Of a DNA stretch of 64,000 nucleotides, positions 31,126 through 41,834 are shown one piece after another. The notes under the pieces are model-generated. The model was not told where the DNA came from and ran no database searches. It was given only the letters and a program-made list of their open reading frames with translations. Source of the stretch: an uncultured Verrucomicrobiota bacterium (lineage in GTDB: Bacteria > Verrucomicrobiota > Kiritimatiellia > CAIKKV01 > CAITUY01); NCBI GenBank assembly GCA_964611575.1, contig CAZTAJ010000003.1, forward strand, positions 15,360 through 79,359. The letters are read 5' to 3'. Each line of letters starts with the position of its first letter. Position 1 is the stretch's first letter. Both the position numbers and the translations under genes were made by a program.

Positions 31126-31337
31126 CGGCTGAGTTCGTCGAATAACTGCAACACGGCATCCGCCTCAGCCTGGTTCATCTTCTCAATGGCATACCCCGCG
31201 TGGACGATGACGTAGGTTCCCAGCATCACGCCCGGCACCAGCGACAGGTCGACCTCATGACGACTGCCGTCCAACTCCGCGACGCCCGTTCCGTCGGCGC
31301 GCAGTTCCACAAGTTTCATCGGTACCGCCAGACACAT
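31122..31337 (-). CDS. hypC: Hydrogenase assembly chaperone HypC
   Basis: MCLAVP, VIVHAGYA. Confidence 0.96.
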   Translation of the reverse strand: MCLAVPMKLVELRADGTGVAELDGSRHEVDLSLVPGVMLGTYVIVHAGYAIEKMNQAEADAVLQLFDELSR

Positions 31338-31341
31338 CGTT

Positions 31342-33672
31342 TCAGCCCCCCGCCACCACCGCCTGTCCCAACGCGATGCACCCGTCCCCCGGCGGCGTGG
31401 ACCCGTGCCGCAAGACCTCCAAGCCGGCCGATTCCAGGTCCGTCACGAGCAACTCGTTGAGGATGCGGTTCATGAACACGCCGCCGCTCAAGGCCACCCT
31501 CCGCTGCCTACAGTAATGACACTTTGACTGTATCATTTGCGAAGCCGCCTTCGCAAGCGCGACGTGGAAGGCTAACGCCCACAGGGGTGCGTGGTCACGC
31601 ACCGTGGGATCGTCAGAGAGAACACGAAAGGCCGGGGCCCAGTCGACCACCAACAGGCCCTGTTCCTCGCGCGTTTCGAACGGCACGTCGGGCAACCGGG
31701 TCTCACGACAGGCCCGGGCCGCTGCTTCGAGCCGAATCGCCGGCTGCCCTTCGTAAGTAATGACGCGGGGCGCCACTCCCAGCGCGACGGCCACCGCGTC
31801 GAAGACACGACCGGCCGCCCGCGAGAGCGGAGCATTCACGCCCTGTTGCGCCTGCATCGCCCAGACGCCGGCTTCCATCTCCCCGACGCCCAACGCTGCC
31901 AGGCGTTCCGGCACCAGCGGAATGCCCGCGGTCGCCCAGCGGCCCACGAGTTGGCGCGCGGGTTCCCGGACCGCGGCATCGCCACCCGGCAGCGGGACAG
32001 GCGCGAAGGTCGCGAGCCGCCGGAACCCCGTTTCATTCACGGCCAGCAATTCGGCGCCCCACACGGTGCCATCGGCACCCCACCCCGTCCCATCCATGAC
32101 CAGCGCCAGCCCTTCGCGATACCCGTGCTCCGCCAGGCAGGCCACCGCGTGCGCGTGGTGGTGCTGCACCTCGACGACCGGCACACCGCTCGCCCGCGCC
32201 AGACGACGGCCGAACGCCGCCGATTGCATGTCGGGATGCGCGTCCACCGCCACTGCTTCCGGCGACTTGCGCAGAAACTCAGGCAGCGTCCGCACCACCG
32301 TCTCGAACCCGTCCAACGCCTCAGGGGTGTCCAGATCGCCGATGTGCGGCGACAGCACCACGCGGTTGCCGTAACCCAGCGCGACGGCGTTCTTCATGTC
32401 GGCCCCCATGGCGAGGGCCGGCCGACCCAGAGACCAGGCCAGCGCCACGGGCTCCGGCGCATACCCGCGAGCCCGCCGCCAGACCTGCGGCACATCGCCC
32501 TGCATCGCGCAAACCGAGTCGTCGTTGCGCAAGGTGATGTCCCGATCGTGCGTCAGCCAGGCATCCGCAATGCCCGCCAGTCGTTCGTGCGCCTCGGCAT
32601 TCCCCAACGCGATCGGCTCGCCGCGACGATTGCCGCTGGTCATCACCAGCAGGTCGAACGCCGGAGTGGGGTCCCCCGTCAGCGGCTCGGCGAGCAGTCG
32701 ATGCAAGGGCGTGGTGGGCAGCATCACGCCCAGCGTCCGGGCATCTGGGGTGAGCAGGTCCGTCGGCAGGCGCCCCGCCCCGACCGCGTCCGGCAGCACG
32801 TCCAGGATGACGATCGGCGCCGCCGCCGATTCCAGCAGTTCCGCCGCTGCCCGGGGAACCCGGCAGAAACGGCGCACGGCGGCCAGGTCGCGCGCCATGA
32901 CGGCGAACGGTTTGTGCGGTCGCCGTTTGCAGTCGCGGAGCCGTTGCAGCGTCGCGCGATTGAAGGCGTCGGCCGAAAGCAGATACCCGCCGAGGCCCCG
33001 TACGGCCACGATCCGGCCCGCCCGCAGCGCCGCGCGTGCCGCCGGAATCGCCCCGCCGCCCCGCACCGTTGGGTGGGACGGGGCCGCGTATGTCACTTGC
33101 GGACCGCAGGCGGGGCACGCCATGCTCTCGGCATGGAACCGGCGATCGGCAGGATTCTCGTATTCCGTCCGGCACGCGGGACAAAGAGGGAAGGCGGCCA
33201 GGGTTGTGCGCTCACGGTCGTACGGCATGGCGGTCACCACCGTGTACCGCGGGCCGCATTGCGTGCAGGTCGTAAACGGATAGCCGTAGCGCCGGTCGGC
33301 CGGATCGAAGATCTCGCGGGCGCAATCGGCACACAGCCGCAGGTCGGCGGGGATGACGATGTCGGCGGCGTCGGGACTCACGCTCGCCACGATCCGAAAC
33401 GGCAGGCGGGCGGGCCCCGTCAGGGATTCAGCCGACACGCGGGTCACCGTATCGAGCCGGGCATTCGGCGGAAGGCATGACGGAAGCGCGGCCATGAATC
33501 CGGTCACCTGGGACGCAGGCCCGTCGAGCACGAGCCGCACCACGCCGGCACGGTTCTGCACCCAGCCGCCGAGGCCGGCATCGCACGCCAGCCGGTACAG
33601 CGCCGGACGGAATCCGACCCCCTGCACGACGCCGCGCAGATCGTAGGTGTGTCTGACGACAGGTTCCGACAA
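31342..33672 (-). CDS. hypF: Carbamoyltransferase HypF
   Basis: Acylphosphatase GVVQGVGFR, CxxC zinc fingers, YrdC-like domain, QHHHAH, GDGCIALGQ; TTG start with a GAGGAG RBS. Confidence 0.95.
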   Translation of the reverse strand: MSEPVVRHTYDLRGVVQGVGFRPALYRLACDAGLGGWVQNRAGVVRLVLDGPASQVTGFMAALPSCLPPNARLDTVTRVSAESLTGPARLPFRIVASVSPDAADIVIPADLRLCADCAREIFDPADRRYGYPFTTCTQCGPRYTVVTAMPYDRERTTLAAFPLCPACRTEYENPADRRFHAESMACPACGPQVTYAAPSHPTVRGGGAIPAARAALRAGRIVAVRGLGGYLLSADAFNRATLQRLRDCKRRPHKPFAVMARDLAAVRRFCRVPRAAAELLESAAAPIVILDVLPDAVGAGRLPTDLLTPDARTLGVMLPTTPLHRLLAEPLTGDPTPAFDLLVMTSGNRRGEPIALGNAEAHERLAGIADAWLTHDRDITLRNDDSVCAMQGDVPQVWRRARGYAPEPVALAWSLGRPALAMGADMKNAVALGYGNRVVLSPHIGDLDTPEALDGFETVVRTLPEFLRKSPEAVAVDAHPDMQSAAFGRRLARASGVPVVEVQHHHAHAVACLAEHGYREGLALVMDGTGWGADGTVWGAELLAVNETGFRRLATFAPVPLPGGDAAVREPARQLVGRWATAGIPLVPERLAALGVGEMEAGVWAMQAQQGVNAPLSRAAGRVFDAVAVALGVAPRVITYEGQPAIRLEAAARACRETRLPDVPFETREEQGLLVVDWAPAFRVLSDDPTVRDHAPLWALAFHVALAKAASQMIQSKCHYCRQRRVALSGGVFMNRILNELLVTDLESAGLEVLRHGSTPPGDGCIALGQAVVAGG

Positions 33673-33695
33673 TGCTCAACTCCTCGTGATCACTC

Positions 33696-33842
33696 AGGGT
33701 TCGGGGTTCAGGGTTCAGAAAGAGAGCATGACGAATGTCTGGCCTTTATCGCCATCATAGTCGCAATCCTCATGGGCTGCCCCGTAAATTAGGATCGCGA
33801 TTATGGTTACGATTAGGCCCTGAACCCCGAACCCTGAACCCT
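33696..33842. repeat. Inverted heptamer arms enclosing an inner 6-bp-period (GATTAC-like) inverted array
   Basis: Perfect 18-bp inverted repeat AGGGTTCGGGGTTCAGGG (33696-33713) / CCCTGAACCCCGAACCCT (33818-33835). Interior reads ATCATAGTCGCAATCCTCAT...GGATCGCGATTATGGTTACGATTAG. Confidence 0.85.
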
Positions 33843-33845
33843 CCC

Positions 33846-34556
33846 TTACCTCGCTAATACATTCACCAACTCCGCCGACAACTGCTGCATGCGTTCGAAA
33901 TCGGGAAACCGTCGCTCCAGCCGGCGGTAGGTCGCATGATGATGCCGACACCGGACGCCGGATTCAGACGGCACCACGGCATGCAGCATCTCGTGAAAGA
34001 CAATGTAACTGACGAAATCGACGGGCACTCGCGGGTCGTCCAGCAGCGGGTTGATGCGCACGAGGTCCTGGGACTTGACGTAGGATCCGTAACGGATCGT
34101 TCGGGTCCGTGCCCGCCGGCGGCGCCGCCCGCGCGCGCCCCAGCCAATCCGGCACGCCAATCGCCCCTGGAAGAACTCATGGTTCACGCGATCCCGGATC
34201 ATGGCGAGGTCATGGACTCGTCCGCGCGTCAGCAATTGGCGCGAGGCCGGCGAACGCGGCGCAGGCGTCAGGGTGCCGGCAAAATGCGAGACGATGCGCC
34301 AGGCCGCGGCATCCCGCGTGCGCAGGTAACGGCCCAGAGCGTCAAGCACCGTGTCGGGAGCCTGGCTGAAGGCCCGGTCAACACGCAGGCGCACCACACC
34401 GAGCGGATCGAAGCGCATGGACACCATGGAAGCGCGGTTGCGGGTGAATACCACCCGGACAAGGCGCCCGCTCTGGGCCGTCAGCCACGCCTCCATCCGT
34501 TCCGCCGTCCAGCGGGGCGCGAAAAGGCTTAGTTGCGTCTGGGCTTTGAGCTCCAT
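33846..34556 (-). CDS. SprT/YgjP-like zinc metalloprotease domain protein
   Basis: YIVFHEMLH (HExxH) followed by HHH...Y. Confidence 0.75.
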   Translation of the reverse strand: MELKAQTQLSLFAPRWTAERMEAWLTAQSGRLVRVVFTRNRASMVSMRFDPLGVVRLRVDRAFSQAPDTVLDALGRYLRTRDAAAWRIVSHFAGTLTPAPRSPASRQLLTRGRVHDLAMIRDRVNHEFFQGRLACRIGWGARGRRRRRARTRTIRYGSYVKSQDLVRINPLLDDPRVPVDFVSYIVFHEMLHAVVPSESGVRCRHHHATYRRLERRFPDFERMQQLSAELVNVLAR

Positions 34557-34609
34557 TCATGTTCCCCAATGGCGCTGGCCGTCCTCCCCGGCCACGAACC
34601 CGGCGGCCG

Positions 34610-37600
34610 TCACTTCGCCGTCGCGATGGACACGCTCCACGGAAGTGCCGGCGCCGACGCCGGCCACACGGACTGCCGGCCGTCACCGTCGGTCGCCTCC
34701 ACGAAAAACTCCACCGTTCCCCCGGACATCAAGCCGGCGCTCACCCCGCCCGTGTACGACTGGCGAAATCGATGGGTCATCGGTATGGCTTGCCATGCCC
34801 GCTGGCCCGCCACGCGCCAGCGGAGAACAACGGACCGGATGTCCCGGTCGGACAGGGCCACCACACGCACCGCCAGATCGTCATTCGCTGCGAGACGGGT
34901 GAAGGGTTTGCAGGCAACCACCCGGGGGCCATCCTTCATGCGACCGTACGCGGTCCGGGCCACATGCGAACACGGGCTCTCCCAACCGTCCTGATCCAGC
35001 GCGCTGACCGCGTACTCATACTCGCCCGCTGCCGGGGGGCAGTCCACGAACATTTTGCAGCCGCCGGCCAGCGTCGCGCGGCTCACCCGTTTCCAGGTGC
35101 CCTTCCCTGCCCGTCTCCGGTACAGGTTCTGTCCGGCCGTGCGCGGTCCCGGGGTCCAGGAAATCCAGACTTCCTTGGCCCCGCCCCTGACCTGCACTTC
35201 ACGCGGCGGTACGGCAGGCAGGAATTCCTCGAGCCGCCCGATCGTCCGCCAGTAGTACGGCATTTGCTTGACGCTGAACGTCGCCAATGTCCCGAAATCG
35301 CAGCGAGTGGTGAGTTTCCGGGCCAGGGCGGCCACGGCGCGATTCATCCCCGCCGCCACGATGTCCCGATACGCCCGGGCCGCCACGGTGGCGGCCCCGG
35401 AAGCGTTTCCGCCCTCTTTCTCCCGGGCCGCTTCCGCGAGCGCCTGCTCCGCTGGCTCGCCATCCGCGAGCAACATCGCCGCCCTATCGTAGGCCAACAC
35501 CATGTCCATGGTCGCGGCGAGGTAGTCCAGCCGCTCCAGGCGGGCCACGCGCTTCTGCCGGCCGTACAACGCCGCCAGCCGATCCAGATCGCGGCGGATC
35601 ACCCGCACCGCTGCCATGTGCCGCTTGGCGCCGGCATTGCGTTTCAGGTGATGAAGGGGGATCAGGAAGCCGTCAATCGCCTGGTACGAACGGGACGTCA
35701 TTCCGTGGGCGACCAGCTTCGGCCGTATGGCGTAGACCGACTCCTCGATGTCCGCCAGTTCTTTCCGCAGCCGATCCTCATCGGTCTCCGTCTCCAGCGC
35801 ATGCAACCGGGCCGCCGCCTGTTCCAGGTCGCTCACGCCGAGCCGGGCACGGTCCTCGCGCACCGCCGCTTCCTGCGCGTCCTGCGGCAGCAGATGGAAG
35901 GCCGCCTCGGCATCGGCTGACACCGGCACCTGGGCCAGCGCCTTGGCCGCGGCCTCGGCCTTGGTTGCCAGAAACGCGGCCGCCTTGCCATCCACTTCGA
36001 ACGGGTAATGCGGGACCCAGCCGCACCAGCGCATCTGACTGCACTCCGCCGTGCCGCGCACGCCGGTCCACCGCGACCCGAGCCGCTGGAGAACCGCGAG
36101 ATGCCGGCCCATGCGCTTCTCCTGATCGGGGCCGAACGCACAACGGGCAAGACGCCGGTAGAAGCGATCCGGGGTGAGTTTCGTATCCCAGGCGAACTGC
36201 GTTATATAGCCCGTCTCCTCCTCCACGTCACGGGTCCGCCACTGAAGCGTCAACAGGCCCTGGCATCCCTTGCTCAGCGCATCGGGGGCGAGCAGGCCGA
36301 GCGACTCGACATTCGGCTGACGCACCGCGCACTCGTCGATGTCGCCCTCCACCCAGGGCATGGCCCAGCGTTCGCGCCCGGGCGGAAGTTGCCCCCACGG
36401 CGTGCTGACGTTGGGCCCCATGGAGGCATCGATGTTATCGTGGCAGGTGAACGCCACGCCGGCCGGCAACAGCTTGTCATAGCCCAGGCAGTAATCCGCA
36501 AACTGCATCCAGCGGTCGCCGCCCCAGCCCACCAGAACGAGCTTCACGCGCGGCGCCTGGCGCGCCAGGACATCGAAAGCGATCTCGGCGAATCGTCCGA
36601 ACCGGATGGCTTCCCACACTCTCTGCTCGTTGCCCAGGTAGGCGAAGTCCGCGCGACGACCGGCCAGAAGGGCGGCGCCCGGCGAGCCGGCGGGCGGAGG
36701 CGGGGTCCCCACGCAGCCGCCTCCCTCGTGCTCCCACAGGGCGAAGCGCGTAATATACGGATTGCGTTCCAGGAACTGCGTGACACGGGCCTTGAACCGC
36801 GCTTCGACCTCCCGACAGGCGGGATCCTCGCGCGGCGCCTCAAATCCCGCGGCCACCTCGATGCCCGCGCCCCGGGCATACCGCGTGGCGTCCCGGAACA
36901 GCGCCTCCGTGCGTTTGATCTCCGTCAGAAGGTCTGGCAGATCCTCGCCCGCCGGGCTTGAGTAGATCTCCTCATCGAAGAAACGGCCGGCGCCAAACGA
37001 AAACTCCGACGTGCGGAGCGAGGCCACCGCGCCCCAGGGTTTCGTCAGGGAATTGGGCGTGACGCCGCCGGTCCTGTATTCGCCGCGCCACTGATAGGCC
37101 GCGCCGGGCTCGTCGTCATACCAGTGCATGAGCAGCATATTGCCGCGCATCCGCGCCAGTTGATCGAAGTAGAACTTGTAGTCCGCCGCGCCCCAGTCGG
37201 TGGTGCCGCAAAGGAAGTTGTAGTGGAGCATGTTGCCGCGCACCGTGAAGGCCGGACGTTCCACCGCGTCAAGGCCGGCGGGGATAGCGGCGGGCGCCGG
37301 ACGTTCCGGAAACGTGTCGCCGCCTGCGTAGAACCCCATCCCCAGTCGTTCCAGCAGACCGTACACCCCGTAGAGAATGCCCACCGGCTCAGCCGCCGTG
37401 ATGAACAGACAGCGCCGGGCACCAGCTCCCACGGTCGCCAGCCGGTATCCCTGCGTCCCGAGAGCCGCCGGATCGGCCTTGACGCCGAAACCCGCGGCCA
37501 GCGTGCGGTCGAGAACGACACACGTGCCCTTGGACGGCAAACGCGGCACGACCGGCGAGACCCACCCTGTCAGCAGGTAGAGATAACGCGCCAGTTCGCC

Positions 37601-37699
37601 GCCGGCAGTCCGGACGACTTCCACCGCGTTCCGGTCCACCACCACCGCGGCGCCCGCCAACGACCACACGGATTTCGCTCCCTGCTTCTGTGTCTTCAT
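34610..37699 (-). CDS. Large uncharacterised glycoside-hydrolase-like protein (GH67/115-like N-domain, probable barrel, FN3-like C-terminus)
   Basis: QGYRL...GILYGVYGLLERLG...RPAF.VRG pattern and DQLARMRGNML; C-terminal WTP...YEYAVSALD FN3-like segment. Confidence 0.55.
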   Translation of the reverse strand: MKTQKQGAKSVWSLAGAAVVVDRNAVEVVRTAGGELARYLYLLTGWVSPVVPRLPSKGTCVVLDRTLAAGFGVKADPAALGTQGYRLATVGAGARRCLFITAAEPVGILYGVYGLLERLGMGFYAGGDTFPERPAPAAIPAGLDAVERPAFTVRGNMLHYNFLCGTTDWGAADYKFYFDQLARMRGNMLLMHWYDDEPGAAYQWRGEYRTGGVTPNSLTKPWGAVASLRTSEFSFGAGRFFDEEIYSSPAGEDLPDLLTEIKRTEALFRDATRYARGAGIEVAAGFEAPREDPACREVEARFKARVTQFLERNPYITRFALWEHEGGGCVGTPPPPAGSPGAALLAGRRADFAYLGNEQRVWEAIRFGRFAEIAFDVLARQAPRVKLVLVGWGGDRWMQFADYCLGYDKLLPAGVAFTCHDNIDASMGPNVSTPWGQLPPGRERWAMPWVEGDIDECAVRQPNVESLGLLAPDALSKGCQGLLTLQWRTRDVEEETGYITQFAWDTKLTPDRFYRRLARCAFGPDQEKRMGRHLAVLQRLGSRWTGVRGTAECSQMRWCGWVPHYPFEVDGKAAAFLATKAEAAAKALAQVPVSADAEAAFHLLPQDAQEAAVREDRARLGVSDLEQAAARLHALETETDEDRLRKELADIEESVYAIRPKLVAHGMTSRSYQAIDGFLIPLHHLKRNAGAKRHMAAVRVIRRDLDRLAALYGRQKRVARLERLDYLAATMDMVLAYDRAAMLLADGEPAEQALAEAAREKEGGNASGAATVAARAYRDIVAAGMNRAVAALARKLTTRCDFGTLATFSVKQMPYYWRTIGRLEEFLPAVPPREVQVRGGAKEVWISWTPGPRTAGQNLYRRRAGKGTWKRVSRATLAGGCKMFVDCPPAAGEYEYAVSALDQDGWESPCSHVARTAYGRMKDGPRVVACKPFTRLAANDDLAVRVVALSDRDIRSVVLRWRVAGQRAWQAIPMTHRFRQSYTGGVSAGLMSGGTVEFFVEATDGDGRQSVWPASAPALPWSVSIATAK

Positions 37700-37731
37700 C
37701 TAAGCCCTCTCCTCTTTGACCCTATGCCCTA

Positions 37732-38106
37732 CTACGCCAAATCCCGTTCGGCCAGTCCGTCCTCACCGAGGCCCAGGTAGTGTCCGATTTCGTGCAACAG
37801 GGTGATCCGCACCTGCCGGCGGTACTCGTCCTCGTCGCCGTCGGCATCATCCCACAGGTTGACGAGAAAGAGGAGAATCTCCGGCGGCAAGGCATCGCTG
37901 CCGGGGTCCGCATAGGCGTCGCCGACGAAGAGTCCCAACAGATCGGGATCGAGTCCCTCCTCGACCATGGCGCGGCTCGGAACTTGTTCGAACACGATCG
38001 GTATGCCGCGGATCCCCTCGCGAATCGCCGGGGGCAGTTCGCCAAGGAGCCGTTGGGTCTCCTCGTCCGCCACCGCCTGCAAATTCTGCCACTGCGCCTT
38101 GTCCAT
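37732..38106 (-). CDS. Zincin-like metallopeptidase (DUF1025-type)
   Basis: LLGLFVG, ITLLHEIGHYLG. Confidence 0.85.
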   Translation of the reverse strand: MDKAQWQNLQAVADEETQRLLGELPPAIREGIRGIPIVFEQVPSRAMVEEGLDPDLLGLFVGDAYADPGSDALPPEILLFLVNLWDDADGDEDEYRRQVRITLLHEIGHYLGLGEDGLAERDLA

Positions 38107-38133
38107 GGGACGCCGATTATGAATCCAGAACCT

Positions 38134-41100
38134 CTACTCCAGCACCAGCAGGCGATAGTCGTGCCGCTTGATGACCATCTCGGCCCAGTCGCTGCCCTTC
38201 CGCGCTATGGCCGTCTTCGCCTCGACATCCGTCAGCCTGGCGCCGGCCTGTCCGATAAGCGTCGCGTCGGCCGTGGCCAGGTTGACGGCAGCCTCCTTGT
38301 CGCCGGTGTTGAAGACGACCAGCAGCGCCGCGCGCGGGATCCCCGGCAGGGTGCGGCGATAGACCGTGCAGACCACGTCTTTGCGGCCCGTCTTGACGAG
38401 GTCGCCGCTGCGCCAGAAGGGCACCCACGCGACGGCCGCATTGAAGTAGTCGAAGTCGGTCAGACACTGGTACAGCCGTGCGTATTCGTCGCGACTCGTC
38501 CGGCCCTCCGTTACCCCGATATCCATGAGCAGGCAGGCGCCGTGCACGGAGCGGCTCTGGAAAGGATACCGCTTCAGGTCGGTGTCCAGACCGGGGTAGC
38601 CGCTTTCCCAGGTGAGGGAGGTCACCAGCGTGGGGTTGCCGGTGTAGCGGCCGGCCAGCACCTTCATCCCGGCGATGCCGGCATTAAGGTTGTCGAACAG
38701 GTCCAGGTCCTTGCCGCGCATATACCAGAACGACTCGACGGCCCAGTTGTACTGCATGAAGGCGCCGATCGGGCCGACGTTGTTCGGGGCGTAGTAGCCA
38801 TGCCAGGGCCTCACGCCATTGAGTTCCGCACAGGTGGCCATGCGTTTCATCATCTGGCGCATCAGGCCGATGTTGAAGGTTCCCTGCACGGTGCCGTCAT
38901 CGCGGGTGTAGGCCGTCCCCTTGATCAGGTTGCCGGACGACCAGAAGCGGTCGTGGTCCCACCAGTAACCGTTCAGGTCGCACTGCTTCTGCTGCTGGTC
39001 GAAGTTGTGGACCCGGCAGTCCACGGTGGATTGCACCAGGTCGGCATACGCCCGGCATTGCTGGCGCGGCTCGCGGAAGACCGTCCACGCGTTGGTGGCA
39101 TTGACGTAGTGGGCCTCGGGCTGGGGCTTCTTCCAGGTCGTGCCCAGCCATTCGCCGGAATAGGTGTCGTAGTCCGGCTCAGCCAGGCCCTTCGTATTGG
39201 TCGCCACATACCAGCGTGACAGGGGGGCGTGGCGCGGGCCGGGTTTGGCGGTAATGGCACGCCAGGCTTCCGCCTTTTCCTTGCGGATCAGGTCCGCGAA
39301 CACCTCGAAGTGTTCCGGCTTGTAGAAACTGATCACCGGACCGGTGCCGTAGGCCCAGAAGCAACTCAGCGCGCCGACCTGCCCGTAGCCCCAGGCGCGA
39401 TAGCGATAGTCCGGCGGCAGCGGCTTGGCCGGCAGTGCCTGCAACATGAAGCGAATCGTGCGGGGGGCCCAAAGCTGGGTCGGCTGGTTGCAGAACCGGG
39501 CACGCAACACCACGGCCTGGCCCCGCCGCTCGAGGAAGAACGAAGGTTTGGCGTCGTCGAGCATCCAGCCCTGGTCGGAGTCCGCCGCCCAGCAGAGTCC
39601 GCGCTCGCCGTCGCCCACGAACGCAAACGGCAGGAAAGTGCCGACGACGTTGGGACAGGTGGCCAGTTTGGAGGAATCCCAGAACGCGCCGTCTTTATCG
39701 GGAATCGCGCCGTACGTGACGTCCCGCCCGGAGCGGTTGAGCATGTAGCCGTCCATGCCCTGCAGGGGGATCTCCAGATCCATCTGGTCGACACGAGACG
39801 GCGCCACGGGCGTAAACGTCAGGGCGTACAGCATGGTGCCGTCGTACTCGGTGCTGGCTTCCACGTTTACGGCGAGAGGGCCGAGGCGGTTCTGGGCCGC
39901 CAGGGTGCAGGTGTGGCCGGAGCGTGTCGTCCACGTGGGCCAGTTCTGCGGCGTGAGAACCTCGTCCCTGCCGTTGATCCGGGCGGTCAGCGTCGCCGGC
40001 CCGGCCAGCATCTCCTGATTCTGCGAGACGAGCGAGGCGGGCAAGGCGTCGTTGCCGAACGTGTAGGTCCGGCCCCAGGCGCTCAGCGACCTGCCGGCCG
40101 CCGCCAGGGGCGTGAAGGGGGCGACGACGATCGGTTCGGTGCCTGCCTGGCTGAGCTGCCAGGCATAGGGACGCACGGTGAAGGGATCGAGTTTGGAGGC
40201 GAGAACCTGGTCGCCTTCGCCAAGCACTTCCACTCCAGCCTCGTAATCGCCGTCTTCAAGCGCGGGTAAGCCGATCACCAGGTGGCCGGCGCCGTTGGGC
40301 AGAATGTAGTCGTGCGCTTCAACCCGGGGCTTGCTCTCGGCCTTGTTCCGGACAAACACGCGGTAGCGGGTGGCGGCGCGGAGAACCGGCGTAATGCCGA
40401 GGATGTCCGTGTCGACGAACACCTCCAACTGACGGGCCGTGTGATAGTAAACGGTCTTGAGCTGGGGCTCGCCGGCCTTGCCCTTGGAGGCGGCCAGGGC
40501 ATCGTACAGCAGCGCTTTCAGGTCGGCGGGCCGCTTGACGAATGGGATCCTGTTTTCGTAGAGCACGCGGCCGTCGGTGGTGGCCGCCTGGTAGCGCAAC
40601 TGGTAAGGCGCGCCGCGTACGCCGCCCCACTTGAAGACGGGATCGGCGACGATGGGCAGGTCCGCCGTGATGCGGCCCTGGGCGGTCGCGCCCGGCCTGG
40701 CCTCCACCTGAACGTCCTTCCGGAAGAGGGGCCCGTTCGTGGCATCGGTTACCTCAACCGTCACCGTGACCGTGCCCGCCTTCGCCGCGGTGACCTCGAT
40801 CGGCAGATCGAGTTTGCCGTCCATCAATTCGCCGAGCGCGGGCATCTGGACGGCGGGCGCCGTCGCATCGAAGACGATCTCCGGGAACAGATCGAACACC
40901 GTCCAGCCGACCGGGACCCAGGCGAAGTAGTACGCCTCGGACGTGGGCGCACTGGCCAACTGCATGAACCAGCGCGTACCGTCCGGCACGGGGCCCTTGT
41001 AGCCGAGGTTGCGCAAGGGCACGGCCATCTCGAAGGTCCAGGCGTCATCGGTGACCTTGCTCTTGACCTGTGCGCCCGATTCCCACTCGAAACCGTACCA

Positions 41101-41604
41101 GCCGACCTTCAACTCCGGCCGGTGATCCACGACGGCCCCGTAGGGGTTGACCATGATCTTGTAGAAGTAGTTGTTGAGCGCCATGCCGCGGTCGGGCAGA
41201 TTGCAGATCTGGATCTCAACGTGGTCATCCGACAGGATGGCGTCGGGCTCCTGGGCGATGCCGCCGCGGTCGCCGAGCTTCATGGCCGCCTTGATCGCGC
41301 CCTTGGGATAGAGCGGATAGCGCTGGGCGACATAGAGATACTGGTCATCGTATCCCATCCACCAGACAGGCTGGAACTCGACCGGCAGGGCGACCCGCAT
41401 CTGGTAGTCCTGAAAGCCCGTGAAGGCGCTCATCGCGGCCCACTCGCCGGGCTGGATGACGCCGTCCAGCGTTGGCGGCTTCACGACTTTGGGGATGCGC
41501 ATCCGTGGGATGAAGGCGGGCTCAGCCGCGCTTGCGGCCCACACCGTCGCCAGCAGAACCCCGCCCAGCAGCATCCCTTTCCAGCCTGTGTGACACCGTC
41601 TCAT
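38134..41604 (-). CDS. Secreted 1156-aa protein: CBM9-like N-domain plus DUF6067/GH123-like domain
   Basis: Signal peptide after MRRCHTG; PTLDGVIQPGEW...DDHVE...WTFEMAVP; PWGRTY.F, GLCWAADSD.GW, GYWWD. Confidence 0.55.
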   Translation of the reverse strand: MRRCHTGWKGMLLGGVLLATVWAASAAEPAFIPRMRIPKVVKPPTLDGVIQPGEWAAMSAFTGFQDYQMRVALPVEFQPVWWMGYDDQYLYVAQRYPLYPKGAIKAAMKLGDRGGIAQEPDAILSDDHVEIQICNLPDRGMALNNYFYKIMVNPYGAVVDHRPELKVGWYGFEWESGAQVKSKVTDDAWTFEMAVPLRNLGYKGPVPDGTRWFMQLASAPTSEAYYFAWVPVGWTVFDLFPEIVFDATAPAVQMPALGELMDGKLDLPIEVTAAKAGTVTVTVEVTDATNGPLFRKDVQVEARPGATAQGRITADLPIVADPVFKWGGVRGAPYQLRYQAATTDGRVLYENRIPFVKRPADLKALLYDALAASKGKAGEPQLKTVYYHTARQLEVFVDTDILGITPVLRAATRYRVFVRNKAESKPRVEAHDYILPNGAGHLVIGLPALEDGDYEAGVEVLGEGDQVLASKLDPFTVRPYAWQLSQAGTEPIVVAPFTPLAAAGRSLSAWGRTYTFGNDALPASLVSQNQEMLAGPATLTARINGRDEVLTPQNWPTWTTRSGHTCTLAAQNRLGPLAVNVEASTEYDGTMLYALTFTPVAPSRVDQMDLEIPLQGMDGYMLNRSGRDVTYGAIPDKDGAFWDSSKLATCPNVVGTFLPFAFVGDGERGLCWAADSDQGWMLDDAKPSFFLERRGQAVVLRARFCNQPTQLWAPRTIRFMLQALPAKPLPPDYRYRAWGYGQVGALSCFWAYGTGPVISFYKPEHFEVFADLIRKEKAEAWRAITAKPGPRHAPLSRWYVATNTKGLAEPDYDTYSGEWLGTTWKKPQPEAHYVNATNAWTVFREPRQQCRAYADLVQSTVDCRVHNFDQQQKQCDLNGYWWDHDRFWSSGNLIKGTAYTRDDGTVQGTFNIGLMRQMMKRMATCAELNGVRPWHGYYAPNNVGPIGAFMQYNWAVESFWYMRGKDLDLFDNLNAGIAGMKVLAGRYTGNPTLVTSLTWESGYPGLDTDLKRYPFQSRSVHGACLLMDIGVTEGRTSRDEYARLYQCLTDFDYFNAAVAWVPFWRSGDLVKTGRKDVVCTVYRRTLPGIPRAALLVVFNTGDKEAAVNLATADATLIGQAGARLTDVEAKTAIARKGSDWAEMVIKRHDYRLLVLE

Positions 41605-41834
41605 GACGTGTTCCTCCCCCAGGGTTGTTCCATTCCGGTACGAGATCGGAGTGCTCGCCGTTGCGGAATCGCGTTCAAGGCAACCCGACAAACGCTGCGT
41701 TTTCATCGAGCGAACGGTGCCAAAACAGAACCGGGAACGCAATCCCGATGATGAAGCGTGTCGGTGTCGCCCTTGCCGTACAACTGTGAAAACACACTGA
41801 CGAGTCCATCGCAATCTCGGCATCCGAGGGTCAA

